Origin: an uncultured Chloroflexia bacterium
GTDB taxonomy: Bacteria; Chloroflexota; Anaerolineae; JAAYZQ01
DNA: 64,000 nucleotides
Direction of reading: 5' to 3'
Assembly: GCA_963700285.1 (NCBI GenBank)
Contig: CAVOXA010000010.1
Location: 1,568,001-1,632,000, forward strand
Positions 22,259-32,641 of the stretch are shown in pieces. Numbering within the stretch: position 1 is the stretch's first letter; each line of letters opens with the position of its first letter. Below the pieces are notes generated by a model that had not been told where the DNA came from, did not search any database, and saw only the letters and a program-made list of their open reading frames with translations. Both the position numbers and the translations under genes were made by a program.

Positions 22259-24124
22259 ATGAAGCAAGCGTTGAGCGTAATTCTGATCCTGGCCGCGATC
22301 CTCGCCGCCGCCTGCGGACCCGAACCCGCGCCCTCGGCGGTCCCAACCGGGCCAGCGGCCGGCCTGCCGAACCCGGCATCCAAGTACTGCGCCGACCAGG
22401 GCTACAAGCTCGAGATCCGCGACGAAGCCGGCGGGCAGGTAGGCTACTGCCTCTTCCCCGACGGCTCCGAATGCGAGGAGTGGGCCTTTTTCCGGGGCGA
22501 GTGCGGCCCAACCGGGGGCAAGGAAGGCGCTGGCCTGCCCAACCCGGCATCCAAGTACTGCGCTGACCGAGGCTACAAGCTCGAGATCCGCGACGAATCT
22601 GGCGGGCAGGTAGGCTACTGCCTCTTCCCCGACGGCTCCGAATGCGAGGAGTGGGCTTTCTTCCGGGGCGAGTGCGGCCCAACCGGGGGCAAGGAAGGCG
22701 CTGGCCTGCCCAACCCGGCATCCAAGTACTGCGCTGACCGAGGCTACAAGCTCGAGATTCGCGACGAATCTGGTGGGCAGGTAGGCTACTGCCTCTTCCC
22801 CGACGGGTCCGAGTGCGAGGAGTGGGCTTTCTTCCGGGGCGAGTGCGCGCCAGGCTCTGCGGCGCCGCAGGGCACACCACAACCAGCGCCAACGCAGGAA
22901 GCCCCGGCCCAGCTCCCCAACCCTGCCTCCCAAAACTGCATCGACCAGGGGGGCACGCTGTCGATCGAAACGCGGCCCGATGGCGGGCAGTATGGCGTCT
23001 GTCTCTTTGAGGATAACCGGCAGTGCGAGGAGTGGGCTCTGCTGCGCGGCGAGTGCCCCGTGGGCGGGGTCAAGGTCACCGGCTATGTGACGCCGGCCGC
23101 CCGCTTCTGTGCCATCAGCGGCGGCGTGTACACCATCACCGGCAAAAGCGGCGCCGAGGATGAACAGGGGACTTGCACCCTCCCGGATGGCGGCCAGTGC
23201 GACGTCTGGGCCTATTATAAGGGGGAGTGCAGTTCAGCACCGGCTGAAGCGGAGACCCCTTCCCCGGGGACCAGCCCCTCAGGCGCAGGCCAGATCGTCT
23301 TCAGCTCGGATCGGGGCGGGGACTATAGCGACCTGTATATTCTCAATGTCGATGGTCCGGACGTGGTTCGCCTGACGGAGGGTGATGCCAATCGTTTTGC
23401 CGGACCCTGGTCCCCCGATGGGACCCGGATCGCCTACACCTCCTTCGGCCTGACGGAGAGCGACGTGTCGGTCATCAACGCCGATGGCACCGGCCAAACC
23501 AACCTCACCAACCGGCCCGACGAGTCCGACGCCTTCCCCGCCTGGTCGCCCGATGGCTCCCAGATCGCCTTTACCTCGCGGCGCGACGGAAACAACGAGA
23601 TCTATGTGATGGCCGCCGACGGCTCGGACCCGGTCCGTCTGACGGACGATCCGGCCGACGACTTTGCCCCTGCCTGGTCGCCCGATGGCTCGCGGATCGC
23701 CTTTGTCTCCGACCGGGATCGGGATCCGGGCATCTATGACCTGTACCTGATGAACGCTGACGGCTCCGGGGTGACACGCCTGACCGACGACGAGGCCATC
23801 GACTATGAGCCCGACTGGTCGCCGGATGGCAGCCAGATTGCCTTCCGTTCCCACCACGACGGCCCGGCCGACATCTATGTCATCGGCGTTGACGGCAGCG
23901 GGCTGGCCAACCTGACCCAAGATCCTGCCGGAGAGCCGGCCGACGACTGGGCGCCGGCCTGGTCGCCCGACGGCAGCCAGATCGCCTTCCAGACCAATCG
24001 AGATGGTAATTGGGAGATCTATGTGATGGATGCTGATGGATCCGGCCCAGTCAACCTGACCCGGGACCCTGCCGACGACCAGCTCCCCCATTGGCGACCT
24101 GTTGTTCAAGTGGGAAGCGACTAG
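22259..24124 (+). CDS. Lipoprotein with five DUF333-like Cys repeats and a TolB-like PD40 beta-propeller
   Basis: AGGAGG RBS, lipobox ILAAAC, NPASKYC..GY.LEIR..QVGYCLFPDGSECEEWAFFRGEC repeats, then PAWSPDGSQIAF.S.RDGN.EIYVM repeats. Confidence 0.88.
   Translation: MKQALSVILILAAILAAACGPEPAPSAVPTGPAAGLPNPASKYCADQGYKLEIRDEAGGQVGYCLFPDGSECEEWAFFRGECGPTGGKEGAGLPNPASKYCADRGYKLEIRDESGGQVGYCLFPDGSECEEWAFFRGECGPTGGKEGAGLPNPASKYCADRGYKLEIRDESGGQVGYCLFPDGSECEEWAFFRGECAPGSAAPQGTPQPAPTQEAPAQLPNPASQNCIDQGGTLSIETRPDGGQYGVCLFEDNRQCEEWALLRGECPVGGVKVTGYVTPAARFCAISGGVYTITGKSGAEDEQGTCTLPDGGQCDVWAYYKGECSSAPAEAETPSPGTSPSGAGQIVFSSDRGGDYSDLYILNVDGPDVVRLTEGDANRFAGPWSPDGTRIAYTSFGLTESDVSVINADGTGQTNLTNRPDESDAFPAWSPDGSQIAFTSRRDGNNEIYVMAADGSDPVRLTDDPADDFAPAWSPDGSRIAFVSDRDRDPGIYDLYLMNADGSGVTRLTDDEAIDYEPDWSPDGSQIAFRSHHDGPADIYVIGVDGSGLANLTQDPAGEPADDWAPAWSPDGSQIAFQTNRDGNWEIYVMDADGSGPVNLTRDPADDQLPHWRPVVQVGSD
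22361..22846 (+). repeat. Three tandem coding repeats of 171 bp (57 aa)
   Basis: Units start at 22361, 22532 and 22703 (GGCCTGCC.AACCCGGCATCCAAGTACTGCGC) and are nearly identical. Confidence 0.92.
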
Positions 24125-24185
24125 CCAAGGGTTGGGCAGGCGGCGATGGGCGTGACAGTTGGAACTATATCCAGCTGAGCCTGCC

Positions 24186-24215
24186 TTGTAAGATCTGTTG
24201 CCCATGTGATATAAT
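24186..24215 (+). promoter_or_regulatory. sigma70-type promoter
   Basis: TTGTAA, 18 bp, extended -10 TGaTATAAT, 20 nt upstream of ATG 24236. Confidence 0.55.
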
Positions 24216-24235
24216 CGCCTTCAGAGAGAAAGGCG

Positions 24236-25000
24236 ATGGCAGGAGAAGCAGACACGCTACCACTCATCCGCACCAAGCTCCAGCGGCCCAGGCTGCCCGG
24301 CGACCTGATCCCCCGGCGGCGGCTGCTGGACCGGCTGCGTGCCGGCGCTGATCGCAAGCTGACCCTCGTCTCGGCCATGGCCGGCGCCGGCAAGAGCACC
24401 CTGCTGGCCCAGTGGCTCGACGAATGCCCCCAACCCAGCGCCTGGCTCTCGCTGGACGAGCACGACAACGACCTCCCGCTGGGTACCAGCCCCTTCATCG
24501 CCGCGTTTGCCGCCGGACTGGCGCTTCAGGTTGGCTTTCGGGATGCCGCGGAAGGGGTCGTAGAGTTTAGCGAGAACGAGGGACGTCTGCTGCACATGTT
24601 TGTCTTTTTCCTCTTTGGCACGGTGGCCGGACCGACGCTGGGCGAACTCCACCTAGCGCCGGTGCTCTATGCCGTCCTCAGCCTGACCCTGGTCCGGATG
24701 CTGCCCGTGGCGATCTCGATGATCGGCACGCGCTTGAGTGCGGCAAGCCTGGTATTCATGGGCTGGTTCGGCCCTCGCGGGCTGGCCTCGATTGTCCTGG
24801 GCCTGGTGGTCGCCGGGCAGGGAGTGCAGACGGCCGGGTCGTCGCTGGTGAGAGAGGGCCTGATCGCCACGGTACTGCTGAGCATCTTTGCCCACGGGCT
24901 CAGCGCCTCACCCGGCATCAGGCTCTATGCGCGGCAGATCTCCCGGCTTGGTGCCGATGCCCCAGAATATGAGGCAGTGCCCGGGATGCCAACTACCTGA
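24236..25000 (+). pseudogene. Chimeric ORF: N-terminus of a MalT-like AAA/LuxR regulator fused to the C-terminal half of a cation:proton (NhaP/CPA1) antiporter
   Basis: IRTKLQRPRLP..PRRRLLDRL..LTLVSAMAGAGKSTLLAQW..AWLSLDEHDND, then abruptly SPFIAAFAAGL..SLTLVRMLPV..GWFGPRGLASIV..LSIFAHGLSA. Confidence 0.75.
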
Positions 25001-25309
25001 AAGGGAAACAGAGGGAAGAATGGCTGATCCTGGCCGGGCTCACCAATGCCATCGCACTTTTTTGCAGGGACATCTCATCACTTCTCGGCCGGCGCCGCCG
25101 CCATCGCGCCGGGTGGGAAGGCATCATGGCTGGACAGACTGGACGTTTTGCGCAGCATGAGGTACGATCAATGTGTTGGACAGCAATTGGCTGCATCGTC
25201 CTTTGGCTTCTGATGATTACCATTCTCGATTACCTACCGGTCCATCACCAAGAAGGCAAGGATGGACTGTCTGCAAGTCAGCGATTGATGTCAGGGGAGC
25301 AGAAACCAA

Positions 25310-26088
25310 ATGAGAGTAAAACGATTCTTCAAGCAGTTCAACTGGCGTTTTCTGCTGGTGCGGATCCTGGTGAACGCCATCGCCCTGGCCCTCACCGCCG
25401 CCCTCGTGCCCAAGATCTACTTTGTCGACAAGTCGGTCTGGAACTGGCTGTTCATGGCCATCATGCTGGGCGTCCTCAACGCCCTGCTCAAACCGATCCT
25501 GCAGTTCCTGACGCTGCAGTTCCTCTTTGTCACCTACGGCCTGGTGATCGTGCTGGTCAACACGCTGATTCTGTGGCTGTTGTCGTTCCTCTTCCCAGCG
25601 CGGTTTGCGGTCGACAACCTGTTGTGGGCTCTTGGTCGGTGGCCTGGTGTTGGGGCTGTTCAGTTCCTTCCTCGAGAGCTTGCTGGGCCTGACGATGCCC
25701 ATCGTGCCCGACGAACCGCTCGAACTGCGCCGGCAGCTTGAGGAACAGGCGCACCACGTCGACTGGCTCGCTGCCGCAAGCAGTGAGGCTGCAGTCAGAG
25801 GAGCAGGCGCAGGCCATAGAGCCACTGGACGCGGATGCCAAGGCGGCAGAAGCTGCCGCGGCAGAAGCGCATGCCGCGGCAGGGCCGCCGTGGCAGAACC
25901 TGACGTGGCGGAACCTGTCGCAGTAGAAACAGCCACGACAGGGCCAGATGGAGACCCATCGCCGCCGGTGGAGGTCGAGGCAGAGACAGTTGACTCTGTG
26001 GCCATGCCGTCTGTCGAGGATACAAGCTCAGGGGATCCAGAACCTGCACCCGAGCCGCGGGAAGAACGACAGGAGGACGCGATCATGA
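25310..26088 (+). CDS. YvlD/phage_holin_4-like membrane protein with acidic low-complexity tail; frameshifted, end approximate
   Basis: FLLVRILVNAIALALTAALVP..LGVLNALLKPILQFLTL..TYGL..LVNTLILWL, frameshift near 25630, then an Ala/Glu/Pro-rich tail. Confidence 0.65.
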
Positions 26089-27822
26089 AACGAACCAGGC
26101 TCGATAGCGTCCGGGAGAACCTGCGACTTACAGCAGGTGTACAACGTGTTCCTGCGCTACGGCTGGGACCTGGCCTTCCAGCGTTGGAGGCTGTTGGGGA
26201 GCTTGCGCCACAGCATGCAACGCTGGGTCTGGCAACTACCCGACGACGTGCCCGAACTCACGACGCCGGCCAAAGTGTGCCTCATGCTGGAAGAGCTGGG
26301 GCCGACCTACGTCAAGATGGGCCAGATCGTCTCCAGCCAGGCCTCGGTCATCCCTGCCGAGTGGGAGGTCGAGCTGGAAAAGCTGCAGAGCGATGTGCCC
26401 CCCTTCCCCGCAACCGAGGTGCGCGAGATCCTGGAGGAGGAACTGGGCGCTGCGCCGGAACAGCTCTTTGCCGCGTTTGAGATCGAACCCCTGGCCGCCG
26501 CTTCCACGGCGCAGGTGCACCGGGCCACGCTGTTCAGCGGCGAGCAGGTCGTGGTCAAGGTCCAGAGGCCGGGCATCCAGACCCAGATGAAGGCCGACCT
26601 GGGCATCATGCAGCGGGCCGCGCGCGTGGCCTCCCGTCGCTCCGAAGCGCTGCGGGCCATCGACCTGGAGGGCATGATCGAGCAGTTCTCCGACGAGCGT
26701 CCTGGCCGAGCTGGACCTGTTGGGCGAAGCCTACAATGCCATGCGCCTGACCGAGAACATGGCCGGTCTCGAAGGGGTACACATCCCGCGCATCTACCCC
26801 GAGTTATCGACCTCGCGGGTCCTGACCATGGAGTTCATCAAGGGCGTCAAGATCAGCGACATCGAGGCCATCGAAGCCGCCGGCCTGGAGCGCGAGATCG
26901 TGGCCCGCAATGCCCTGCGCGCCGTCATCAAGCAACTGCTCATCGACGGCTTTTTCCACGCCGATCCGCACCCGGGCAACGTCCTGGTCAACCTGCAAAC
27001 CGGGCAGATCACCTTTCTCGATTGCGGCATGGTGGGCCAACTGGATCTGACCCAGCGGGTGAACCTGATCCAGTTGATCTTTGCCTTGCAGCAGGGGGAC
27101 GTGGCGGGCATGGGCCAGATCCTGCGCAACCTGAGCGTACCCTTCGTGGACAAGGTGGACGAAAAGGCCTACGCAGCGGGACTTTCGAACGGGTGATCAG
27201 CCGCCAAATGTACGTGGGCGGCTCGGCCGGCTTTGGCCAGACCGTCAACCTGGGCCTGGATCTGTTGCGCTCCCACGGCCTGCGCCTGGATCCCAACCTG
27301 ACGATGGCCGTCAAGGCCTTGATGCAGGCCGAGGCTTTTGCCACCTTGCTGTACCCGGAAGGGGGATCGTCGGCGAAGGCGCCGAGATGATCCAGGAGAT
27401 GGCCCTGCAGGCGATCACGGCCGACAAGGTCGTGGAGGTGGTCAAGGACCAGGTGATGATGACGGCCCGCGAGGCGCTCAAGCGCTTGCCCAGCCTGCAA
27501 GAGGCGACCATGAGCTGGCTGGACCAATACCAGAAGGGGCGCTTTGAAGTCTATGTCGACACCAGCGGGCTGGACAAGTCGGTGGACAAGCTGTCCAGCT
27601 TTGGCCGGCAGGTGGTCATTGCCATGATCCTGGTGGGCATGCTCATCGGCTCGGCCATCGCCACGAGCGTCTTGGCCTTCATCGAACCTGAGGGGCAGCT
27701 CTGGCAATTCACGTTCCGCTTGGCCTACCTCGGCTTTGTGGCGGCCATGGTCGTCGCGCATCCTTATCGTCCTTCTCTTGCTGTGGCGCTGGATCAGAGG
27801 CGAGTCTGCGGTAGGGGACTAG
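26085..27822 (+). CDS. ABC1/AarF/UbiB-family atypical protein kinase; frameshifted
   Basis: AGGAGG RBS, LEELGPTYVKMGQ, LEKLQSDVPP, PLAAASTAQVHRA, VVVKVQRP, VLTMEFIKG, DGFFHADPHPGN, FLDCGMVG, two C-terminal TM helices. Confidence 0.85.
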
Positions 27823-28044
27823 GAAGCACTGGGTTCCAGGGTCAGGATCGTGGGGTTTGAGGGTCGCCGCCGGGTCTCGCTGAACAGAACTGCGACCGGG
27901 CCGGGTCTTGAGACTAACAGTCCAGGGTGGGTGAGAGCCCCTTGGACTTCACTCTGTACGACAGGCTCCCGGGATCGGTTGGGTAGTAAGAACCCCATGA
28001 ACCCGGACTACGAGGCTCACAGATTTCCAAGCACGCGCGCTGTC

Positions 28045-28854
28045 TCAGTGCCCAGGCAGGCACTCGCCTGGATCATGGATCAGTTGGACCCAAACGGGAA
28101 AGTGGTCGCTGGCTTTGGCCGCCTCAATCTTGCCGCGCCCCACCCGGCAAAAGCCCCGGGCAAAGATATGGTCGGCAGCCGAAGGCCTGAGCCCCAGCTT
28201 GACTACAGTTGGACCGGCGCCGGCCGACTTGCGCGATAGCCCGATCGCCGCGAACTGGTCGGTCATCCAGTTGATGCCGCGCCTCGTAACCGTATTGAAA
28301 TCCCCGCTGACGATCACGGGGCTGTCCCCAGGCCCGATGTCGTAGATGATGGCCTCGACCTGTGACCGCCGGTGCGCCGCTGACACGGTAAAGACCTCTG
28401 TGTGGACAGAATACACCATCACATCCAGGCCGGCGATCTGGACCGTTGCTCTGGCTGCGATACGCATGACCCCGTTGACCGGGTGCAGTTCGGGCAGGAT
28501 GAGCTTTCGCGCCTCGCTGAGGGGCCAGCGGGCCAGGATTGCATTGCCAAAGTTGCGGCCATGGCGCGCCACGGTTGCCGGATAGTAGACGAAATCGCAC
28601 CCAAGTGCCTTGGCCATTCGCTCGGTCCCAACTTCGTCCATCTCTTGTAGCAGGATGATATCGGCGCCCGGCAGCGGCTCGTACGTCTCAAACGCCTCGA
28701 TGGCCTTTGTGACCTCTTGCCCGTGATCAATGTTGTAGTTTACAACTGTGATAAGGCTGCCAGAAGTAGGAGGATCCCCGGCATACTGTCCCTCCCACCG
28801 TGGGCCTTGGGGGGTGTCGTACACTGTCGTCTGAGCAGGGGACAATTGGGCCAT
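28045..28854 (-). CDS. Endonuclease/exonuclease/phosphatase (EEP) family protein
   Basis: NYNI, DIILLQEMD, GNAILARWP, GDFNT, DHIF and SDHFPV motifs. Confidence 0.88.
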   Translation of the reverse strand: MAQLSPAQTTVYDTPQGPRWEGQYAGDPPTSGSLITVVNYNIDHGQEVTKAIEAFETYEPLPGADIILLQEMDEVGTERMAKALGCDFVYYPATVARHGRNFGNAILARWPLSEARKLILPELHPVNGVMRIAARATVQIAGLDVMVYSVHTEVFTVSAAHRRSQVEAIIYDIGPGDSPVIVSGDFNTVTRRGINWMTDQFAAIGLSRKSAGAGPTVVKLGLRPSAADHIFARGFCRVGRGKIEAAKASDHFPVWVQLIHDPGECLPGH

Positions 28855-28866
28855 AGGACTATCCGC

Positions 28867-29280
28867 TTACCTTTCGCCCAACTGGTCCGGGGTAAACCCT
28901 TCCGGAAGCAGCTCATCAATGGTGAAGGTACGCACATGGTTCTCCAGGTCGGCTACGATCACGCGTAGGTCGCCATCGGGGCCGCCAAACTCACGGAGGA
29001 CCTGCCGGCAAGCGCCACAGGGCATGGCCCCGCTGGCCGTCACCACGGCAATGGCCTCAAAGTCCCGCTCTCCTTCCGAGACAGCCTTGACCACGGCGGT
29101 ACGCTCGGCGCAGATGGTCAGGGGATAGGAGGCGTTCTCCACGTTGCAGCCGGTATACACCCGGCCTGACCGACTCAACAACGCAGCACCAACCGGAAAG
29201 GCAGAATAGGGTACATAGGCCCGCTCACGTGCGTGACGGGCCAGATCAATGAGGGCTTGGTCGGCCGGCTTCTTGCTCAT
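28867..29280 (-). CDS. cdd: Cytidine deaminase
   Basis: AYVPYSAFPVGAAL, GCNVENASY, ICAERTA, PCGACRQVLREF. Confidence 0.95.
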   Translation of the reverse strand: MSKKPADQALIDLARHARERAYVPYSAFPVGAALLSRSGRVYTGCNVENASYPLTICAERTAVVKAVSEGERDFEAIAVVTASGAMPCGACRQVLREFGGPDGDLRVIVADLENHVRTFTIDELLPEGFTPDQLGER

Positions 29281-30650
29281 CTCCACCGCCTCCTGCCGCT
29301 CCCGTTGCCGTTCCCATTGGACCCCGTGCTCTCCTCCTGTTCCTCCTCTTCGACCATGACGGGAAGACGTCGCTGGACGCGAACCTTCTGGATGCGTCGC
29401 CCGGCCACCGACTCTACCGTGAAATCCAAATCCCGATAGGTGACCCGATTGCCCACCGCGGGCACCCGGCCCAGCTCGGCATAGATAAAGCCGCCCAACG
29501 TATCGCTGTCCTCCGTGGGCAGCTCAACATTCATCAAGCGGTTCAGATCGTCAAGGTCCATGCGCGCGTTCAAGATGTACTCGTCTTCGCTGATATACTC
29601 AAAGACCGGCTCCTCAGTATCATATTCATCCTGGATCTCGCCGACGATCTCCTCCAGCAGATCCTCGATGGTTACCAGCCCGGCCATGCCGCCATACTCA
29701 TCCACCACGATGGCCATGTGCACCCGTCGCTGCTGGAGATCGGGCAGCAGGTCGCTTGCCCGTTTACTCTCGGGAATAAAGTAGGCATCTCGCAGTATGC
29801 CGCTGAGTGGCGTGCCGTTTGAACCATCCCGCAGATAGGGCAGCAGATCCTTGGCATAGAGGACGCCCTTGATGTCGTCAATGGTCTCCTTGTAGACCGG
29901 GATACGCGAGTGCCCCGACTCCTTGATGGCATCCAGGGCTTCTACCATCGGCGTGCTGACATCCAGAGCGACCACGTCGATGCGGGGCACCATGACCTCA
30001 CGAACCAGGGTATCTCCCAGTTCAAAGATAGAGTAGATCATCTCCTTCTCTTCCTCCTGGATGACCCCCTCCTCTTCGCCTGCATCCACGAGGGTTTTGA
30101 TCTCCTCCTCGGTGACGAAAGGCATATCGCCCCGCTTTTCCGCCCCGAATAATCGGGAGATGACATTGCTGAGCCAGACCATTAAATGGACAATGGGCAT
30201 GGCCACGTACGAGATGACGGCCAGAGGCCGGGCCAGCGCCAGGGCCAGTTTCTCACTATGCTGCATGGCGATAGTCTCAGGAACCAACTCGCCTAGGATC
30301 AACATGACGATGGCCGCCAGAAATACGACCACGACAAAGGCCACGGCATCACTTGCCCCGCCCAACCAGGGCCGCAGGAAATCTGCCAGGGGTGGAGCTG
30401 AAGCAACAGCCACCACAGCCCCGGCGAAAAAGGAAGTCAGCATCATCCCCAATTGGGTGGTGGCCAGCAAACGGCTGGCATCCTCGGCCAGGCGTTCGGC
30501 AGTACGCGCCGATCCAACTCCTTCATCGATCAGTTGCCGCAGTCGTGCCTTGCGCACGTTGATGAGGGCCGAACGAGCCATGGCCAGAAAAACATTGATG
30601 AGGAGGAGAGCCAAGAGCAAAAGTGCTTCAGGCGCAGTCACGCGATTCAT
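29277..30650 (-). CDS. Hemolysin-family/CNNM (DUF21-CBS-CBS-CorC/HlyC) Mg2+/Co2+ transport-associated protein
   Basis: [77 protein letters not shown]. Confidence 0.93.
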   Translation of the reverse strand: MNRVTAPEALLLLALLLINVFLAMARSALINVRKARLRQLIDEGVGSARTAERLAEDASRLLATTQLGMMLTSFFAGAVVAVASAPPLADFLRPWLGGASDAVAFVVVVFLAAIVMLILGELVPETIAMQHSEKLALALARPLAVISYVAMPIVHLMVWLSNVISRLFGAEKRGDMPFVTEEEIKTLVDAGEEEGVIQEEEKEMIYSIFELGDTLVREVMVPRIDVVALDVSTPMVEALDAIKESGHSRIPVYKETIDDIKGVLYAKDLLPYLRDGSNGTPLSGILRDAYFIPESKRASDLLPDLQQRRVHMAIVVDEYGGMAGLVTIEDLLEEIVGEIQDEYDTEEPVFEYISEDEYILNARMDLDDLNRLMNVELPTEDSDTLGGFIYAELGRVPAVGNRVTYRDLDFTVESVAGRRIQKVRVQRRLPVMVEEEEQEESTGSNGNGNGSGRRRWR

Positions 30651-31335
30651 CCTCCGTCTCTTCTATGGCCAGGCTGGGCTTGACGCGGGCTGGCACGCCG
30701 TAGGCCACGCGGCCCGGTGGTACGTCCCGGGTCACGACCGAGCCAGCTCCGGTTTTGGCCCCGGCCCCTACCTCTACGGGGGCGACCAGCAGGGAATCAC
30801 TGCCGATAAAAGCCCCTTCGCCAATGGTGGTCCGGTTCTTGTTCTTGCCATCATAATTGCAGGTGATCGTCCCGGCTCCGATGTTGACCTTGGCCCCCAC
30901 GGTTGCATCACCCAGGTAGCTCATGTGCCCCATGGCCACTCCGGGCCCCAAGTAGGAGTTTTTCACCTCACCAAAGTTGCCCATGTGCACGCCCGGACCC
31001 AGGTGCGCACCCTTGCGCAAGTGTCCAAAGGGCCCGATGTCACTGTCTTCTTCCATGATCGCCCCTTCAACCACGGACATCTCTACCTTGCAGCGGTCGC
31101 CGATGCTCGAATCTCGGATCACCGAACCCGGACCGATGGTACACGCCTGGCCGATGCGCGTCCTACCCTGCAAAATGGTATTGGGCCAGACAATCGTATC
31201 GCGGCCGATCTCCACACCTGCCTCGATATAAGTTGCCTCTGGATGCACCAGGGTCACGCCCGCCCGCATGTGTCCTTCGTTGATGCGGCGTCGTTCCTCG
31301 GCCCTGTCTTGGGCCAGCTCAAACTGATCCTCCAC
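30628..31335 (-). CDS. glmU: Stand-alone GlmU C-terminal (glucosamine-1-phosphate N-acetyltransferase, hexapeptide-repeat) domain; lacks the uridyltransferase half
   Basis: RRRINEGHMRAGVTL..P, IGPFGHLRKG, GNFGEVKNS, HMSYLGDA.VG..VNIGAGTITCNYDG..K..T.IG..AFIGSDS.LVAPV. GGAGGTG RBS precedes GTG at 31335. Confidence 0.8.
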   Translation of the reverse strand: MEDQFELAQDRAEERRRINEGHMRAGVTLVHPEATYIEAGVEIGRDTIVWPNTILQGRTRIGQACTIGPGSVIRDSSIGDRCKVEMSVVEGAIMEEDSDIGPFGHLRKGAHLGPGVHMGNFGEVKNSYLGPGVAMGHMSYLGDATVGAKVNIGAGTITCNYDGKNKNRTTIGEGAFIGSDSLLVAPVEVGAGAKTGAGSVVTRDVPPGRVAYGVPARVKPSLAIEETEDESRDCA

Positions 31336-31804
31336 CTCTAACACCTCCAACCGATCGGCACTGGACGATTTAAGCAGGATTCGTCCCTGGGCAACACAAA
31401 GCGACCAAAACAAGCCTCACACCCTCCGGATGCAAAGTTTTGCTTTGGTCGCCTGCAAAGATGTCTATTGTTTTGAGAATGAGGGTCGGGTCCCTCAGAG
31501 GGTTGCTCGTCCATCCATGCCTGGCCCGATTGGGCCTGATTTTCGAAAAGCCAGCTTAACAATTTGTTCCAACATTCGCCATTCTAACACAGGCAATGAA
31601 TTTAGGCAAATGCCCCGCCGCGTGGAAATCTGGATTTTGGGACACTTTGCCAGTGCAGACGTGGTTCAGTTTGGCGCGCAAGGCGAAATCGGCTATAATC
31701 TATTGCGGCCAAGGATCTGGATATCGCATCCACCATCCCGAGCGTAGCGACTGGCCACCATACAGGCTTTCCCATCAGGACCCAAAAGTAGCGAGGTCGC
31801 AGCC

Positions 31805-32641
31805 ATGAAACGGATCGGACTCTTGCACCACCCCAAACTGCCCGCCACCCAGCCACTGGCCGAGACAATGGCCCGCCAGGCGGAGGTCCTCGGCCTGGCG
31901 ACCTGGATCGGCTCTACCTGGGACGTCAGCGCCGTGACCGCGGAAGTAGCCAGCCTGGACCTGCTGGTTACGCTGGGCGGGGACGGCTCTATCCTGCGAG
32001 CAGCGCGCATGGCCTGTGAGGAAGGAATACCGGTCTTGGGCGTGAACATGGGACGCCTGGGCTTCCTCACCGAACTGGAGCCAGATGCGTGGTTCTCGGC
32101 CCTGCCCCGGCTGTTGGACGGCAGCTACTGGCTGGAAGAGCGAATGATGCTGTACGCCAAATACCACCGGGGCGACGAATCCCAGGGTTACGAGGCCCTC
32201 AACGACGTGGTTATCAGCCGTGGAAGCCTGGCCCGCATCGTGCGCCTGGAAACCCACATCGACGGCAGCTCACTGACCACCTATGCCGCCGACGGGCTGA
32301 TTGTGGCCACCCCCACGGGCTCCACAGCCTACGCTTTTGCGGTAGGCGGCCCTGTGCTGCCGCCCCAACTCAAGAATATCCTGTTGATCCCCATCGCCCC
32401 CCACTTGAGCATGGACCGGGCCATCGTCCTCTCCCAGGGAGCCGTGGTCAAGATCCTGGTCCACACCGACCACCAGGCCATTCTGACCGTGGACGGCCAG
32501 TTCGAGTACGAGCTGCAGGATGGCGACCAGGTAACCATCCAGGCCAGCCACCACACCAGCCGGTTCGTGCGCTTGCAGGACGAGACCTACTTTTACCGCA
32601 CGTTCATGGAGCGCCTGCGCTGGCCGCTGCCCGGGCAATAA
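31805..32641 (+). CDS. nadK: NAD(+) kinase
   Basis: LGGDGSIL, GVNMGRLGFL, ALNDVVI, DGLIVATPTGSTAY..AVGGP. Confidence 0.95.
   Translation: MKRIGLLHHPKLPATQPLAETMARQAEVLGLATWIGSTWDVSAVTAEVASLDLLVTLGGDGSILRAARMACEEGIPVLGVNMGRLGFLTELEPDAWFSALPRLLDGSYWLEERMMLYAKYHRGDESQGYEALNDVVISRGSLARIVRLETHIDGSSLTTYAADGLIVATPTGSTAYAFAVGGPVLPPQLKNILLIPIAPHLSMDRAIVLSQGAVVKILVHTDHQAILTVDGQFEYELQDGDQVTIQASHHTSRFVRLQDETYFYRTFMERLRWPLPGQ

Noticed and set aside
22361-22846. Tandem repeats as a CRISPR array
   Set aside because: The units are 171 bp, in frame and protein-coding, with no unique spacers and no cas genes.
4190-26088. Prophage or tailocin, suggested by tail-fibre/S74 domains and a holin-family protein
   Set aside because: The fibres have Sec signal peptides. 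No capsid, terminase, sheath, baseplate, lysin or integrase genes are present, and the holin-like family is common in non-phage contexts.
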